Positions 12,974 through 25,278 of a stretch of 64,000 bases of DNA are shown here, piece by piece. The position numbers were made by a program, and so were the translations under genes. Source of the stretch: Macrostomum lignano (taxonomy: Eukaryota); contig NIVC01000493.1 in assembly GCA_002269645.1 (NCBI GenBank), forward strand, positions 186,001 through 250,000, written 5' to 3'. The notes beneath the pieces are model-generated. The model searched no databases. It was not told the origin of the DNA and was given only the letters and a program-made list of their open reading frames with translations. Every line of letters starts with the position of its first letter. The first letter of the stretch is position 1.

Positions 12974-13523
12974 CAAGGGGCATTCAAAAAGTTTTGGAAA
13001 CTGCATATGTAGATATACTTTGGCTCAAGCAAAACACACTAAATTTTAGGGATATTTTAATAACATGCTTGAGACCACCATATAAATTTTCAGCTCAATA
13101 GCTTTACCCATTATTGCATAATTCACACCTAACCATACCTGTTTCAGCTTTTGAAAAAATATGGAAAATATCAGCTCAGAAAACATGCATTTCTACATCT
13201 TTATCCGCACTTAACTTGGAGAAAATGCCACCAAAATCTATGCCGACTTAGCATAGGTGATAGGGGATTAAGCTCCATCAATAAAGGCTGGCTAGGTGCC
13301 AATTTCAGAGGCTGCAAGACCTGGCGCATGCTATCAATTCAGAGTTGAAGACATTCACTGAATTGGAATACTGCAGCGCCTTTGATTTGTGGTTATAGAG
13401 GCATCAAAAGTGCATAGAGCATAGCGAAGACTATATAGAAAGACTATAAACCTTTACTTTTATAATAATGAGCTTGTACTAGATTTTAGTAGCCTGTTGC
13501 CAATACTCTTTGAATAACCCTGA
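12974..13523 (+). mobile_element. Non-autonomous Tc1/mariner relic: deletion derivative keeping both TIRs and the transposase C-terminus
   Basis: TA-flanked imperfect TIRs (AGGGGCATTCAAAAAGTTTTG at ~12976 vs the reverse complement of 13501-13521, 17/21 identical). 13267-13449 reads ...RLARCQFQRLQDLAHAINSELK...FDLWL*RHQKCIEHSEDYIERL*, resembling the mariner C-terminal RW.KCI..GDY.E motif. Confidence 0.65.
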
Positions 13524-15207
13524 TAAAAATGCTTGCAAACTAAGTTTAGATTAAAAGGAATTAGTAGAGAGCTCACCAGGATTAACCCTAAGGGCACAGA
13601 GTGTATACTCATACACTTATCTAATTTCCTGCAAGTCATTTAAGGCCAATTCCATATAAGATGGACACATTTGGAAAATAGAAAAAAGTCAATATTTTTG
13701 CTTGTCATTGCCTTATCAGCCATTTTTTTACAAAATCTTTTTTGTATGTAATGTATACAATCTAAGAATAAATAAATGATAAAATGTTAGATTAGTATGT
13801 TATCAATTAGCAAAAAGTTTTTTTAAAAAAATGGACATTTTCTAAGCAAAAGACATCCTTGAGTTTATGTACCTTTAAAAAACAAATAGAAAGCTTTAGA
13901 AGGTTAAAACAAACCATATATAAAATTATAGTACTTGCAACATCAGATATCAAAATATTGGTTTAGTATATTCTATTATTAGATTTCATTTTATAAGTAA
14001 AAATAGTCTGTCATGTTACGACCATAATTATATGGAATGGCCCTTGAGTGAATTTTTGACAAAAATATGTATATAAAAAAAATAAAAAAGCCATAAGTTT
14101 TGAATAGAAAGACTCAGAGTGGCTACCCTAAAATATTAATTTGTTGATGCCTTATAAAGACTTACATCTTAGGCAATAGACCTACAATATAAAAATAGAT
14201 GACAATGTCAATGAGCTAAGGCCTATAAATATCACAAAATCACAATATCACAAAAGAAAAATTTGAAAAGTATACTGGAAAGTTGCATGTTCTCTGTATA
14301 CAAATTAATTTTAAAGGACATGCTTCCTACTACAATTTTAAAATCACGAAAATCAGTTTTCATGAATTTTAAATCCACAATCATTGAAATATGCCCATAG
14401 TCAAACATAGTCATAGGCTAGTTACACTAGTATAGTCTGACATATATGACATACATATCACAAAGAAAATCAAACATAAAAACTAATGATTATACATATC
14501 AGATCAACATAACTAAACCCGGCTACACAAAATGCCTAATTCACTCCTAACTCCTAAAAGTTGCAAAGTGCTCAACGTCAATCACATCTGCTACCAAACT
14601 AAATCTCCGAGCTGCTTCTAAGAATAAAACAATTTATATGGAAGTTACCATACACAGCAGCTAAAACAAATAAAATGTACAACATCAAAGCAGAACGTGA
14701 AATTAGTTTATTATATGTATGTAAAATATTTAGCTATTTCTTATATAAAAAGATTTTTAAAATCATATGCTTAAAATATCTTCGCGATATTTGAAATAAA
14801 GCCCACACAGGAGCCTACACACGTACTATAGCGACTCACCGCGCTATATCGCAAAGAAATATAGCGCAAAAAAACATTAAGATAAGATAGTCCAACAACA
14901 GACTCCAGTATTTTTCTCTGTAGTGGTACTACAGAGTCCATTATTTTTTCACCCAATATAATAGTTTTTGTCGCGACAGAAATAAATTCAGCTTAAAGCA
15001 TCGACCGAGCAATTAATTCCGTTCTGAGCAGTACCATCGGATTCAGCTACATCCACACACGATTTATGCCATTTTCTTAAAAAAGAGATATATATAATAT
15101 CTCGGGCCATCACTGCACACCTCAGAAGCTGCCACCACTCATTCTGAGTAGGTTGCACCGCCATTTCACACTCTAACGTCTGTCTTAGTGGTACTCAAAT
15201 ATATCTA

Positions 15208-15579
<372 letters not shown>

Positions 15580-16901
15580 TTCCCATTCACCAAATGCTAC
15601 GACTCGTATCTTTCAGTTTTCAGTGCAGACACCGATCTCTCGGTTACAACGAGAAGCTGCCAGCGGCCCAATGGCTCACAATCTAATTTGATTCAGAATC
15701 AGTTCACGAAACGATGGAATTAGATGGTAAATTATGGCTGAATTTTCCTGCCCGATATTTTATACCAGCACCAAACGCATCGAGCTATTTGAAGTAGTAT
15801 TTTCAGTTTTTTACAAGATTTAACTGCTTGATTATCGAAAGCCGACCCAGAGATAAGAAGGTATTTCTTTTGATGAAGGTTCTTCTGAAGGTTGATGTTT
15901 TACATAAGGTTGATTCAGAAAGGTTCTGAAACATGTGTTCAAAACTGCTACCAGAGTCAGGCAGGCAAACAAGCGATTTGAGTTGTTAATCAAACCTGCT
16001 TGAGCTTCGGAAGCACCGCATCGCTCATAAATCCGTGGAACTCAGAGAGTGGACTCAATATCCTCATTATTCCTCGTATCCATGACATTTTTGCTTCCCA
16101 CAGAGCGAAGCAATGATTACGCAATCACTGAGCGCCCCTGCTGCAGTATTATTTGGCATTTCAGAATGCGAATATCATGATGCCGCAACTTCTAAATAAA
16201 GCATGACAGGATGATCTGAGAGCTGAATTATGCCGGCTCACACGGCTGCTCAGCTTCTTACTTGAGCCGTTTCTAAGCCTCCCTGCCAGCAAGCTGTATT
16301 GAGAATAAAAGCATCTATTTCTGAGGAATTCTTTCTGCTAGCTCGGGTAGAGAGTTATAGGAAGACAGTTCCTGATCCCTGAGCACGACTCAGCACAGAT
16401 TTGTATCAATACATGTACACAGGGTACCAAAGAACAAATTTATTTGAAGGCTTAACTGTACTTCAATTGAATTGTGTCAGCCTAGATTTTACTCAGCAAA
16501 AATAGTCTGTGACAAGGCCTTGGAATCAGCAAAAGAAACCCAAGATTTTTGCCGGACCCAGCTTAACCAATAAAACTAAAAGAAGAGTTTAAGAAGAAGA
16601 AAGCCCTTAGCTGCTGGAAACTACCCCCAATTAAGTCGCATTCAAGTCCAATTAGATGACATACTGCTGGGTCGGCTGCCCCCCCCCCCCCTCCCGAGGC
16701 GAAGGAAACAGCAAGACAGCGAAGTGGAATACGAGCTAGTGGAGCTGTCATGACTTCCTCTACTGTGCGCAGTGTGCCACATGATAGTTCGTTAGCGATC
16801 ACGGCACTTTTTAGCTGAGAAGAATTCTAGTATCTTCTTGTTCACTTCTGCTCTGCTGCTCTTCGGTTACCCCTTGTCTGTTCTCTCTGACTGATCTGCT
16901 A

Positions 16902-16972
16902 CTCCCGCTCCCGCTCCCGCTCCCGCTCCCGCTCCCGCTCCCGCTCCCGCTCCCGCTCCCGCTCCCGCTCCC
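16902..16972 (+). repeat. (CTCCCG)n hexamer microsatellite
   Basis: About 12 units. Confidence 0.95.
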
Positions 16973-17519
16973 ACTCCCTCTCAGTTTTACTATCTCTTCT
17001 CCCAGTTGCACAGCATTAAAAACATGCTCTATCAGTACTAAATTTGACCTCGATTGACCTATTCCCGACTCTCTCTGCGCAAAAAATGAAATCCCATTCG
17101 AGATTCCTAGAAATATTCTTCTGTCAGCCGTGCGTCTTGAACAGTCAAGAGTCTTGGCTGAGTTCTTCACCGCTGCACGCGTTCATTTTTACCAGGTTGC
17201 TCCTCTTGACAACGGGGCAGGATAAAAGAGGGGATTAGGAATGAATTTTGAGTAGGTCCACTCAGCCTATTTGGCTTTGCCTTGCATTTGTTCTTTGTAA
17301 GGAGCATTTGGATCGACTTGGTTTTTTCTGCTTTAATTCTACTGCCTCCCAATATTATAATATTTCATCTGACTGCTGCGTAGAATTCTTTTAAAATGCC
17401 TTCGATGTTTTCTCTACTGATTCTCTGGACCGCAGTGACTTTGTTCAGTAAGATGACGTCATCCTAAACGTCATTTTCGACGTTGAACTGATAGGTACTG
17501 CATGTAAGACGGGTGAGGG

Positions 17520-18200
17520 AAAGAGGGAGGGAGAGGGAGAGAGAGGGAGAGAGAGGGAGAGAGGGGGAGAGAGAGGTAGAGAGAGGGAGAAAGAGGGAGA
17601 GAGAGGGAGAGAGAGGGAGAGAGAGGGAGAGAGAGGGAGAGAGAGGGAGAGAGAGGGAGAGAGAGGGAGAGAGAGGGAGAGAGAGGGAGAGAGAGGGAGA
17701 GAGAGGGAGAGAGAGGTAGAGAGAGGTAGAGAGAGGGAGAAAGAGGGAGAGAGAGGGAGAGAGAGGGAGAGAGAGGGAGAGAGAGGGAGAGAGAGGGAGA
17801 GAGAGGGAGAGAGAGGGAGAGAGAGGGAGAGAGAGGTAGAGAGAGGGAGAGAGAGAAGGGAGAGAGAGGGAGAGAGAGGGAGAGAGAGGGAGAGAGAGGA
17901 GAGAGAGGGAGAGAGAGGGAGAGAGAGGGAGAGAGAGGGAGAGAGAGGGAGAGAGAGGGAGAGAGAGGGAGAGAGGGAGAGAGAGGGAGAGTTAGAGAGG
18001 GAGAGGGAGAGAGAGGGAGAGAGAGGGAGAGAGAGGGAGAGAGAGGGAGAGAGGGAGAGAGAGGGAGAGTTAGAGAGGGAGAGGGAGAGGAGGGAAATAG
18101 ATGGAGAGGAAGAGATGGAGAATGAGAGAGGGAGAGTCTAAGCGGGCGACCGAGAGAGAGGGAGGGAGAATGAGAGAGAGAATTAAAGAGGGAGAGGGAG
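17520..18200 (+). repeat. (GAGAGAGGGA)n 10-bp polypurine satellite
   Basis: Direct reading; it degenerates after ~18070. Confidence 0.95.
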
Positions 18201-18618
18201 AGGGAGAGAGGGGTAGAAAGCAGAAACTAGAAATGATAGAGCGGAAATGCAAAATATTAAGAAAGACTAAAAAGATTAAGTAGAACCACCTTGGAACTGT
18301 GCATAATTGCAAAACCTACCACTCAAAAATGCGAATATTAGTCTGACATTACTCAGCAGGGATTGGCTGTCCCCACACCCATGCCTTTCTGTCTCCTATA
18401 GCTACCCGCCCTGTGTAATATAATTACTTTAAAGCGATGCATGTAGAGAGAGGGGAGGGAGAGACTGAACTCAAAGACCACACGCACTCTTGAACAGCGT
18501 AAAACAGCAAACAGACACAGTTTTATATGGTATATATTTACTATAGACACTGAGCCCCACCAATCTGCATGTGTTTTCTCTCTACTTATCTGACCATGCA
18601 GGTCAGTGCGCTTGCCTT

Positions 18619-21600
18619 ATGACAGAGAGCATTCAGATCGACTCGGCCAGTTGCCATAGTGACAGTAACAAGCACAGCAGCAGCGATTCCGCAGCCTGTT
18701 TCAGAATGGCTTCAGCAGTACAGGGCAATAGTCTATGGCCCGAACTGGTCTCAGCTGGGTGAGTGAAAAGTGTGTGTAGAACTTTGTAACTTCTATTTGA
18801 CCTTTGAATCTGCCATTCAATATAGAAACAGGTACAGTGACAGACACATCAGGTACAGTGACAGACACATCAGATACAGTGACAGAGGCACATAAGATAA
18901 AGTGACAGAGGGAGACAGAGACAGAGACTCAGTGACAGAGAGGCACATCAGATACAGTGACAGACACATTTGATACAGTGACAGACACATCAGATACAGT
19001 GACAGACACATTTGATAGTGACAGGCACATCAGATACAGTGACAGACACATTTGATACAGTGACAGACACATTTTATAGTGACAGACACATCAGATACAG
19101 TGACAGACACATTTGATACAGTGACAGAGGCACATAAGATAAAGTGACAGAGGGAGACAGAGACAGAGACTCAGACAGAGACAGAGACTCAGTGACAGAG
19201 AGGCACATCAGATACAGTGACAGACACATTTGATACAGTGACAGACACATCAGATACAGTGACAGACACATTTGACAGTGACAGACACACCAGATACAGT
19301 GACAGACACATCGGATACAGTGACAGACACATCAGATACAGTGACAGACACATCAGATACAGTGACAGACACATCAGATACAGAGAGAGGCACATCAGAT
19401 ACAGTGAGAGAGGCACATCGGCACAGTGAGAGAGGCACATCAGCTAGTGGGACAGCAATAGTGGCTCAAGAGAGCAAGGCCATTAAGAAGACTCACAAAT
19501 CGCAATCTTATCCCATGACCCAAACTGAGGAGGGGAGAATATCCCACACTGAGCTGCATGCTAAGCCAAGTGGAGCAACTGGGAAATTGCAGTTGGGGGG
19601 GGGACAGGGCCAGCGATAAGATACAGCAATAATTGCTAATCCCGAGTCCTCAGTGCAAGCCTTCAACAGAGCTGCTACCATGGCAACTGGCCTACTGATT
19701 TGCATTATTAGTATTAGCATTTAGTAACCCCCTGAAAAGCTAGGGTTACTAGTCTTTCGGGGATGAGCAGGCACACGCTCGCACAGGGTGTACAGCGATG
19801 AATTTCTCATCGTGAGCCCAACTATGTACACACTCTGTGTCTTGGAGGCGGGCCCTCATGGTGTCCAAATTAAATGCGGTCTCCCTGGCCTGGGATGTCG
19901 CTCAGTCTCTCCTGGGACTCCCTGACTACCCCGCCTCGTCCCCTCCAGCGGCAGGATCTAATTTTCTAGCAATAAGTGAGCAGGAAAAAAGTGAATACTG
20001 CAGGCGTAACCAACTTCAGGAGAAGCACTTATTCCTCTGCTCCTCATCTCCCGAATTCGCAACTGATAAAATGCTTTTGCCCATCACCGGCTGATATTGA
20101 TTTGCTTACCAGTTGCAGATCATCAACAGTCCATTGTGCCTGCTTGGGACTGGGCTTTCGGGATTACAGAATTTCTATTTGTACTGTTCGGGTGGCGATG
20201 GAGAGAATGGGATATGAGGACAATTGGGAGTTTATAGAGACTAAAGGATGTAAGGATTTAGGGATGTAAGGATGCAGGGATGTAAGAATGCAGGGATGCA
20301 GGGATGTAAGAATGCAGGGATGCAGGGATGCAGGGATGTAAGGTTGCAGGGATGTAAGGATGCAGGGATGCAGGGATGCAGGGATGTAAGGATGTAGGGA
20401 TGCAGGGATGCAGGGATGTAGGGATGTAGGGATGCAGGGATGTAAGGATGTAGGGATGCAGGGATGCAGGGATGTAAGTATGTAAGGATGCAGGGATACA
20501 GGGATGCAGGGATACAGGGATGAGGCATACTTGACGCCAGAAATCATATGAAAAGTGCCGATCAGTAAGTTAAAGAAATGTTTCCAACTAAAACAATGCA
20601 GGAAGTGCGTCGAGTGCAGCACCAGCAGTGGCAGCGGCAGCGGCGCCAGCAAAATCAACAATAGGCGATGGCGACGGCTGGCCGAGCGAGCGGACCGGCA
20701 CTTTCTCAGGCGTCAGCGGGGCGGCTTCGACAGCAGACTGTCCGAAGATGAGAGCGGTGAGTGAGTGTGGGTGCGGAGCCCTGGCGTGTGGGGATGGGAC
20801 TTGTGTGTGGGGATGGGATTGCAGTGTGGCGATGGGATTCCAGTGGGGGGATGGGATTGCAGTGTGGGGATGGGATTGCAGTGTGGGGATGGGATTGCAG
20901 TGTGGGGATGGGATTGCAGTGTGGGGATGAGATTCCAGTGTGGGGATGGGATTGCAGTGTGGCGATGGGATTGCAGTGTGGGGTTGAGATTGCCGTGTGG
21001 GGTTGAGATTGCAGTGTGGGGATGAGATTTCAGTGTGGGGATGGGATTGCAGTGTGGGGATGAGATTTCAGTGTGGGGATGGGATTGCAGTGTGGGGATG
21101 GGATTCCAGTGGGGGGATGGGATTGCAGTGTGGGGATGAGATTTCAGTGTGGGGATGGGATTGCAGTGTGGGGATGAGATTTCAGTGTGGGGATGGGATT
21201 GCAGTGTGGGGTTGAGATTGCAGTGTGGGGTTGAGATTGCATTGTGGGGATGGGATTCCAGTATGCGAGTAGAGCAAGCGGTGAGTATTGAACCGATGTT
21301 CCTTTACTAAAATCCCTATCAATCAAAGGCCTGGAAGGCAGCGACAGTCTGTCGAGCAGCAGCAGCAGCAGTGGCGGCAGCAGCAGCAGCGGTGTCAACC
21401 AACCTGCAGAGGATCGGTGGTTCGATCTCGAACAGCTGTGGGATTACAGCAGCCTGCCGGATCCGTACTCAGAGTCGGACGACGCGTGGGAAGGAAATCC
21501 CACGATTGATGAGGACTGGAGGGAGGACGGTCTGCTCGCTGCTCAGCTGCAGTCGACGCGGCCGCTCAGTCGAAGGCTGGAGGCAGCGATGTCGGTGAGT

Positions 21601-24197
21601 TCATTCGAGTAATGCTTTGGTGTCAGACAGAACCTGTCAGATTTGTAATCTTGTCAGACAGAACCTGTCAGACTTGGAATCTTGCCAGACAGAACCTGAC
21701 AGATTTGGAATCTTGTCAGACGTAACTTGCCAGATAGATCTAGCTGTCATATATCCGGGCCATAGGGTCAGACAAAATATTTAAGCTCTGGATTCCAGTC
21801 GACAAGAATCAGCTATTTTTTCAATGCCAACAAACCGCAGCTTCCATCATCATTGTCATCAACGACTCGAAGGCAAAGAAAGCATCAGCACCAGCAGCTT
21901 CAGCACCAGCAGCTGCTTGATCCAGCCCGGAGTCGCAACTGGCCGGAGGTGGCCGAGCTGGCCACCAAACTGTCCGAGGGTCGGCGTCGTCTTCGCAGAC
22001 TCCGTCTGGACGAGGAGGCGGCGGCTGCGGCACCGGCAGTGGGGGGCGTCAAAGACGCTGTCGGCTCAGCTGATGTGTCGGTGGAGGCGGAGGAGGAGGA
22101 CGACGGCTTGTCGAGCTTCCCGATGCTACTGGCTGGAGCGACGCGGCGCCGCCTACCTGCCGATCTGCTACGTCGATGGGACCGGCTGGCCCGTAGCCTT
22201 CTGACTGCGGAGGTCGACAGACGCCTGCGCCAGATCACAGAAGCCGCTCTAGCCGTCGCCGACAAACAGGCAATCGATATCGATATCGTCGCCGATTGCC
22301 GACGGTACTCGACAGCCGACGAGGCCGCCGAAGATGTTCGTCAAATAGGCGAACTCGACGCCCAGTTGCGGCGATGGCTGGCCGGTCTGGGCGGCCTGCG
22401 GACCCGGCTGGTTGAGGCGGCGCGGCTGCCGACGAGCGCGTCTGCCAGTGGGCAGCAGCGGAGACAGCGGAGACGCGTTAAGGAGAAGCTGGACAGCCTA
22501 GATTTGATGAGGCGCTGGTTTCAGAGCGACCGGAGACGGTTAGTGCTTTGAGGGACACCCAGTGTGGTAATGAGACAGTGGGAGCTACTGTCACCTACAG
22601 GTACATGTACCAGCAACTGTCATATTGTCCCACGAATTTAAAAACGCATTTCTAGCTTAAAATGAGTCACAGCGCTTATAGCATACTCGTACACTGTACC
22701 TATGTATTCCTAGTCATATTTTACGCAGTGATGAAACTTTGAAATAACTCGTAGATATAGCTTTTAGAATTTTTCAGCCCCCCCCGAAGGGGGCCATTGT
22801 GCTAGTCCACATATACTAAAATTTTATCTATCACACTTGCCATCTTTAAGAGCTGAGTTGCGTCTATATACTCGTATTTCACCATGGAATGCAGGACAAT
22901 TTTAATGAGACACAGAGACTAGAATAGCGACTTAGATGAGGAGACAGAATGGGGGGAGATCGTAGAGTACAGAGAGCAAACGTGCGTGCTCAGGAAGCAA
23001 AAATCCTCAGTAGAAGGAAGCTGAACTCTCAATTGAATTTTGGTGCAAGTCTGATGGCTGCGGAAGGAAGGAAGGAAGCCCCAACCAACCCATAGCCGTG
23101 GATTTTTTCGAAGCGTTTCAGGCCGCAAATCTCTTTCCGAAGCGTGGCAGAAAAGTGCAAATAGAATTTGACTAAATTTATTTAGCGGATGAAAGAGCGT
23201 AGGATTTCAAAAAACAATACAATGCCTTTAATTCAACCTCTATATCCAGCTACTTGGATAGACAACACAGTGCTCAAGCAGCGCTGAACGAACTGACCGA
23301 ACTCGAATCCCTGATCGGCCAGTGTGAGCAGGATGCGACGAGGGCCTTCAAGTCGAGTCTTGGAGACGATTTACAGGTGATAATTATTGATCAACTATCA
23401 ATCTCTATAAGATTAAGCTTTTCTTTGATTTGACGGCTCATTTTTCCGACTTTCCTATAGGTGCAATATTAAACAGATCTGGCAGACTCAGGTTGACTTG
23501 TCAGCCTCTTATCAGACGTACTAGTCAGACTCTTCTTATCAGATGCACCAGTCAGACTATTGTCTCAGGTGTACTGGTCAGACTCTTCTTATCAGATGCA
23601 CCAGTCAGACTATTGTCTCAGGTGTACTGGTCAGACTCTCATGGCGTATCATGGTCAACCTGTTCTCATCAGATTTACGGTTTTACTTGTCACTCAAATT
23701 TGGATTACCTCTTCGGTTTTTTTGACAAATTGAATTTATGGCAGACTGAGACATTAGACTTTACGATCGAATCTGTCTCGCAGGCGGCAGAGGTCCTGAC
23801 TGCCAGGGTTGCCCGCTGCCGCAATCTGCTTCGAGCCAACGTGCACCGCCTCACCGACGCCGGCCGTGTTGCTATGGAGACGCGCGTGGATGCGGTGTCG
23901 GCCACAGCCGACCAGCTACGAGTAGCAGGCCAGCGGAGAAACAGACGCCCGCAGCGTAACTCAAAATCAAAACCACACAACAATCTGATCGTTATGGCAA
24001 CGCACAGTCGATGGCATCGACAAAGTGCAGCAGCAGTGGCGGCGGGCCTGCTGCTGCTTCTGCTGGCCTCAATGACTGCCGTCCACCTGCTGCCGACTGT
24101 CGGCATTCGCGGCCGCTGCCATGGCAGATTTGGGCTGCTGCCACAGCTGGAGTCGGGCTTCGGACAGTGGTCCTGGCCCAACGGGGCGCCCGTCTGA
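18619..24197 (+). CDS. KASH-like tail-anchored nuclear-envelope protein (klarsicht/nesprin-like), ~612 aa; exons 18619-18758 (tentative), 20602-20756, 21329-21594, 21841-22538, 23250-23376, 23745-24197
   Basis: Splice phases are consistent (1839 nt). There are spectrin-like helical segments (RRWRRL, LRRWDRL), an acidic WDY..PDPYSE region, and a single C-terminal TM followed by a short Cys-containing tail ending WSWPNGAPV*. The first exon and start codon are uncertain. Confidence 0.6.
18830..19440 (+). repeat. 21-bp intronic minisatellite (GATACAGTGACAGACACATCA)
   Basis: Direct reading; one internal block (GGCACATAAGATAAAGTGACAGAGGGAGAC) is duplicated. Confidence 0.9.
20240..20522 (+). repeat. 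8-9-bp repeat (GGGATGCA/GGATGTAA)
   Basis: Direct reading. Confidence 0.85.
20785..21258 (+). repeat. 19-bp G-rich intronic minisatellite (GCAGTGTGGGGATGGGATT)
   Basis: About 24 copies filling the intron 20757-21328. Confidence 0.9.
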
Positions 24198-24244
24198 TGC
24201 GGACACGCTCAGGAGACTCGCGGCAGATATTGGGCAGATACTCA

Positions 24245-24525
24245 TAGACAGACACACACTCATGGACAGAGACTTATGGACAGACACTCCTGGACATACA
24301 CTCAGTGGACAGACACTCATAGGACAGACACTCAATGGGCAGACTACCAATGGGCAGACACTCATGGACAGACACTCCTGGACAGACACTCAGTGGACAA
24401 ACACTCAGTGAGCAGACACTCCAGCGGACAGACACTCCTGGAGAGACACTCAGTGGACAGACACTCAGTGGGCAGACACTCCAGCGGACAGACACTCATA
24501 GGACAGACACTCAATGGGCAGACAA
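24245..24525 (+). repeat. Degenerate (GGACAGACACTCA-type) minisatellite just 3' of the KASH-like stop codon
   Basis: Direct reading. Confidence 0.8.
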
Positions 24526-25278
24526 TGGAAGACAACATACAATACAAATGTGAATTACCTCACGGAGTTGTTCGCCCAAAAGACAGCTGTATCTACATAA
24601 TTGTTATCTGTAGCTAAAACAATAGTTAAAAAAAAAATATGTTTAGAAACATTAAATATTTGCATAAAATTTGTTGCCGTATAAAAAAATTATACAATGA
24701 AAGCAACCTGAACTCGCGCGCTTATATTTATGTACAGAAATACAAAATGCTTCTTAGCTGAAGCAGTGAGAAAATGTATAAAATTATGATTACTTCTAAA
24801 ATGATAAAAACGTACTATACAAGTATGACTATTCGTATAGAAGCAGATATAAGCATATATTTAATTATTTACAAATTGCAGACAAACTTGACTAATACAA
24901 TCATCAGCTAGGCCCATTAGCAACCTGGGTGTTTACCTTGGCCACGCATAAACTGAGCCAGCTGCTGTGAAAGAACCCGCATCATACGAAAAGCATGGGG
25001 GCCGTTTAAGCTGCCATAAAACATAACCATAAAATGTTTATTTGACTGAGTGCAGATAAAACTTGGACAGTGGTAAACTTGCTGTTCAGATGAATACAAT
25101 ATAAAAAAATACTAAATATAAATAAAAATCGCCCACTAAAAATACTACTATCATACTTAAAAAGCATTGCTGTGAATTGAAGCGACAACGGCGGGTAAAG
25201 TCGAATAATTAAAAATTCTAAGCCTAATTACTAACAGTAGCCCAATTCGGATAATTATAATAATACATGTAAATACGA

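Noticed and set aside
15850-17420. Possible decayed retroelement ORF on the minus strand
   Set aside because: It looks coding-like, but I could recognise no RT, endonuclease or other motif.
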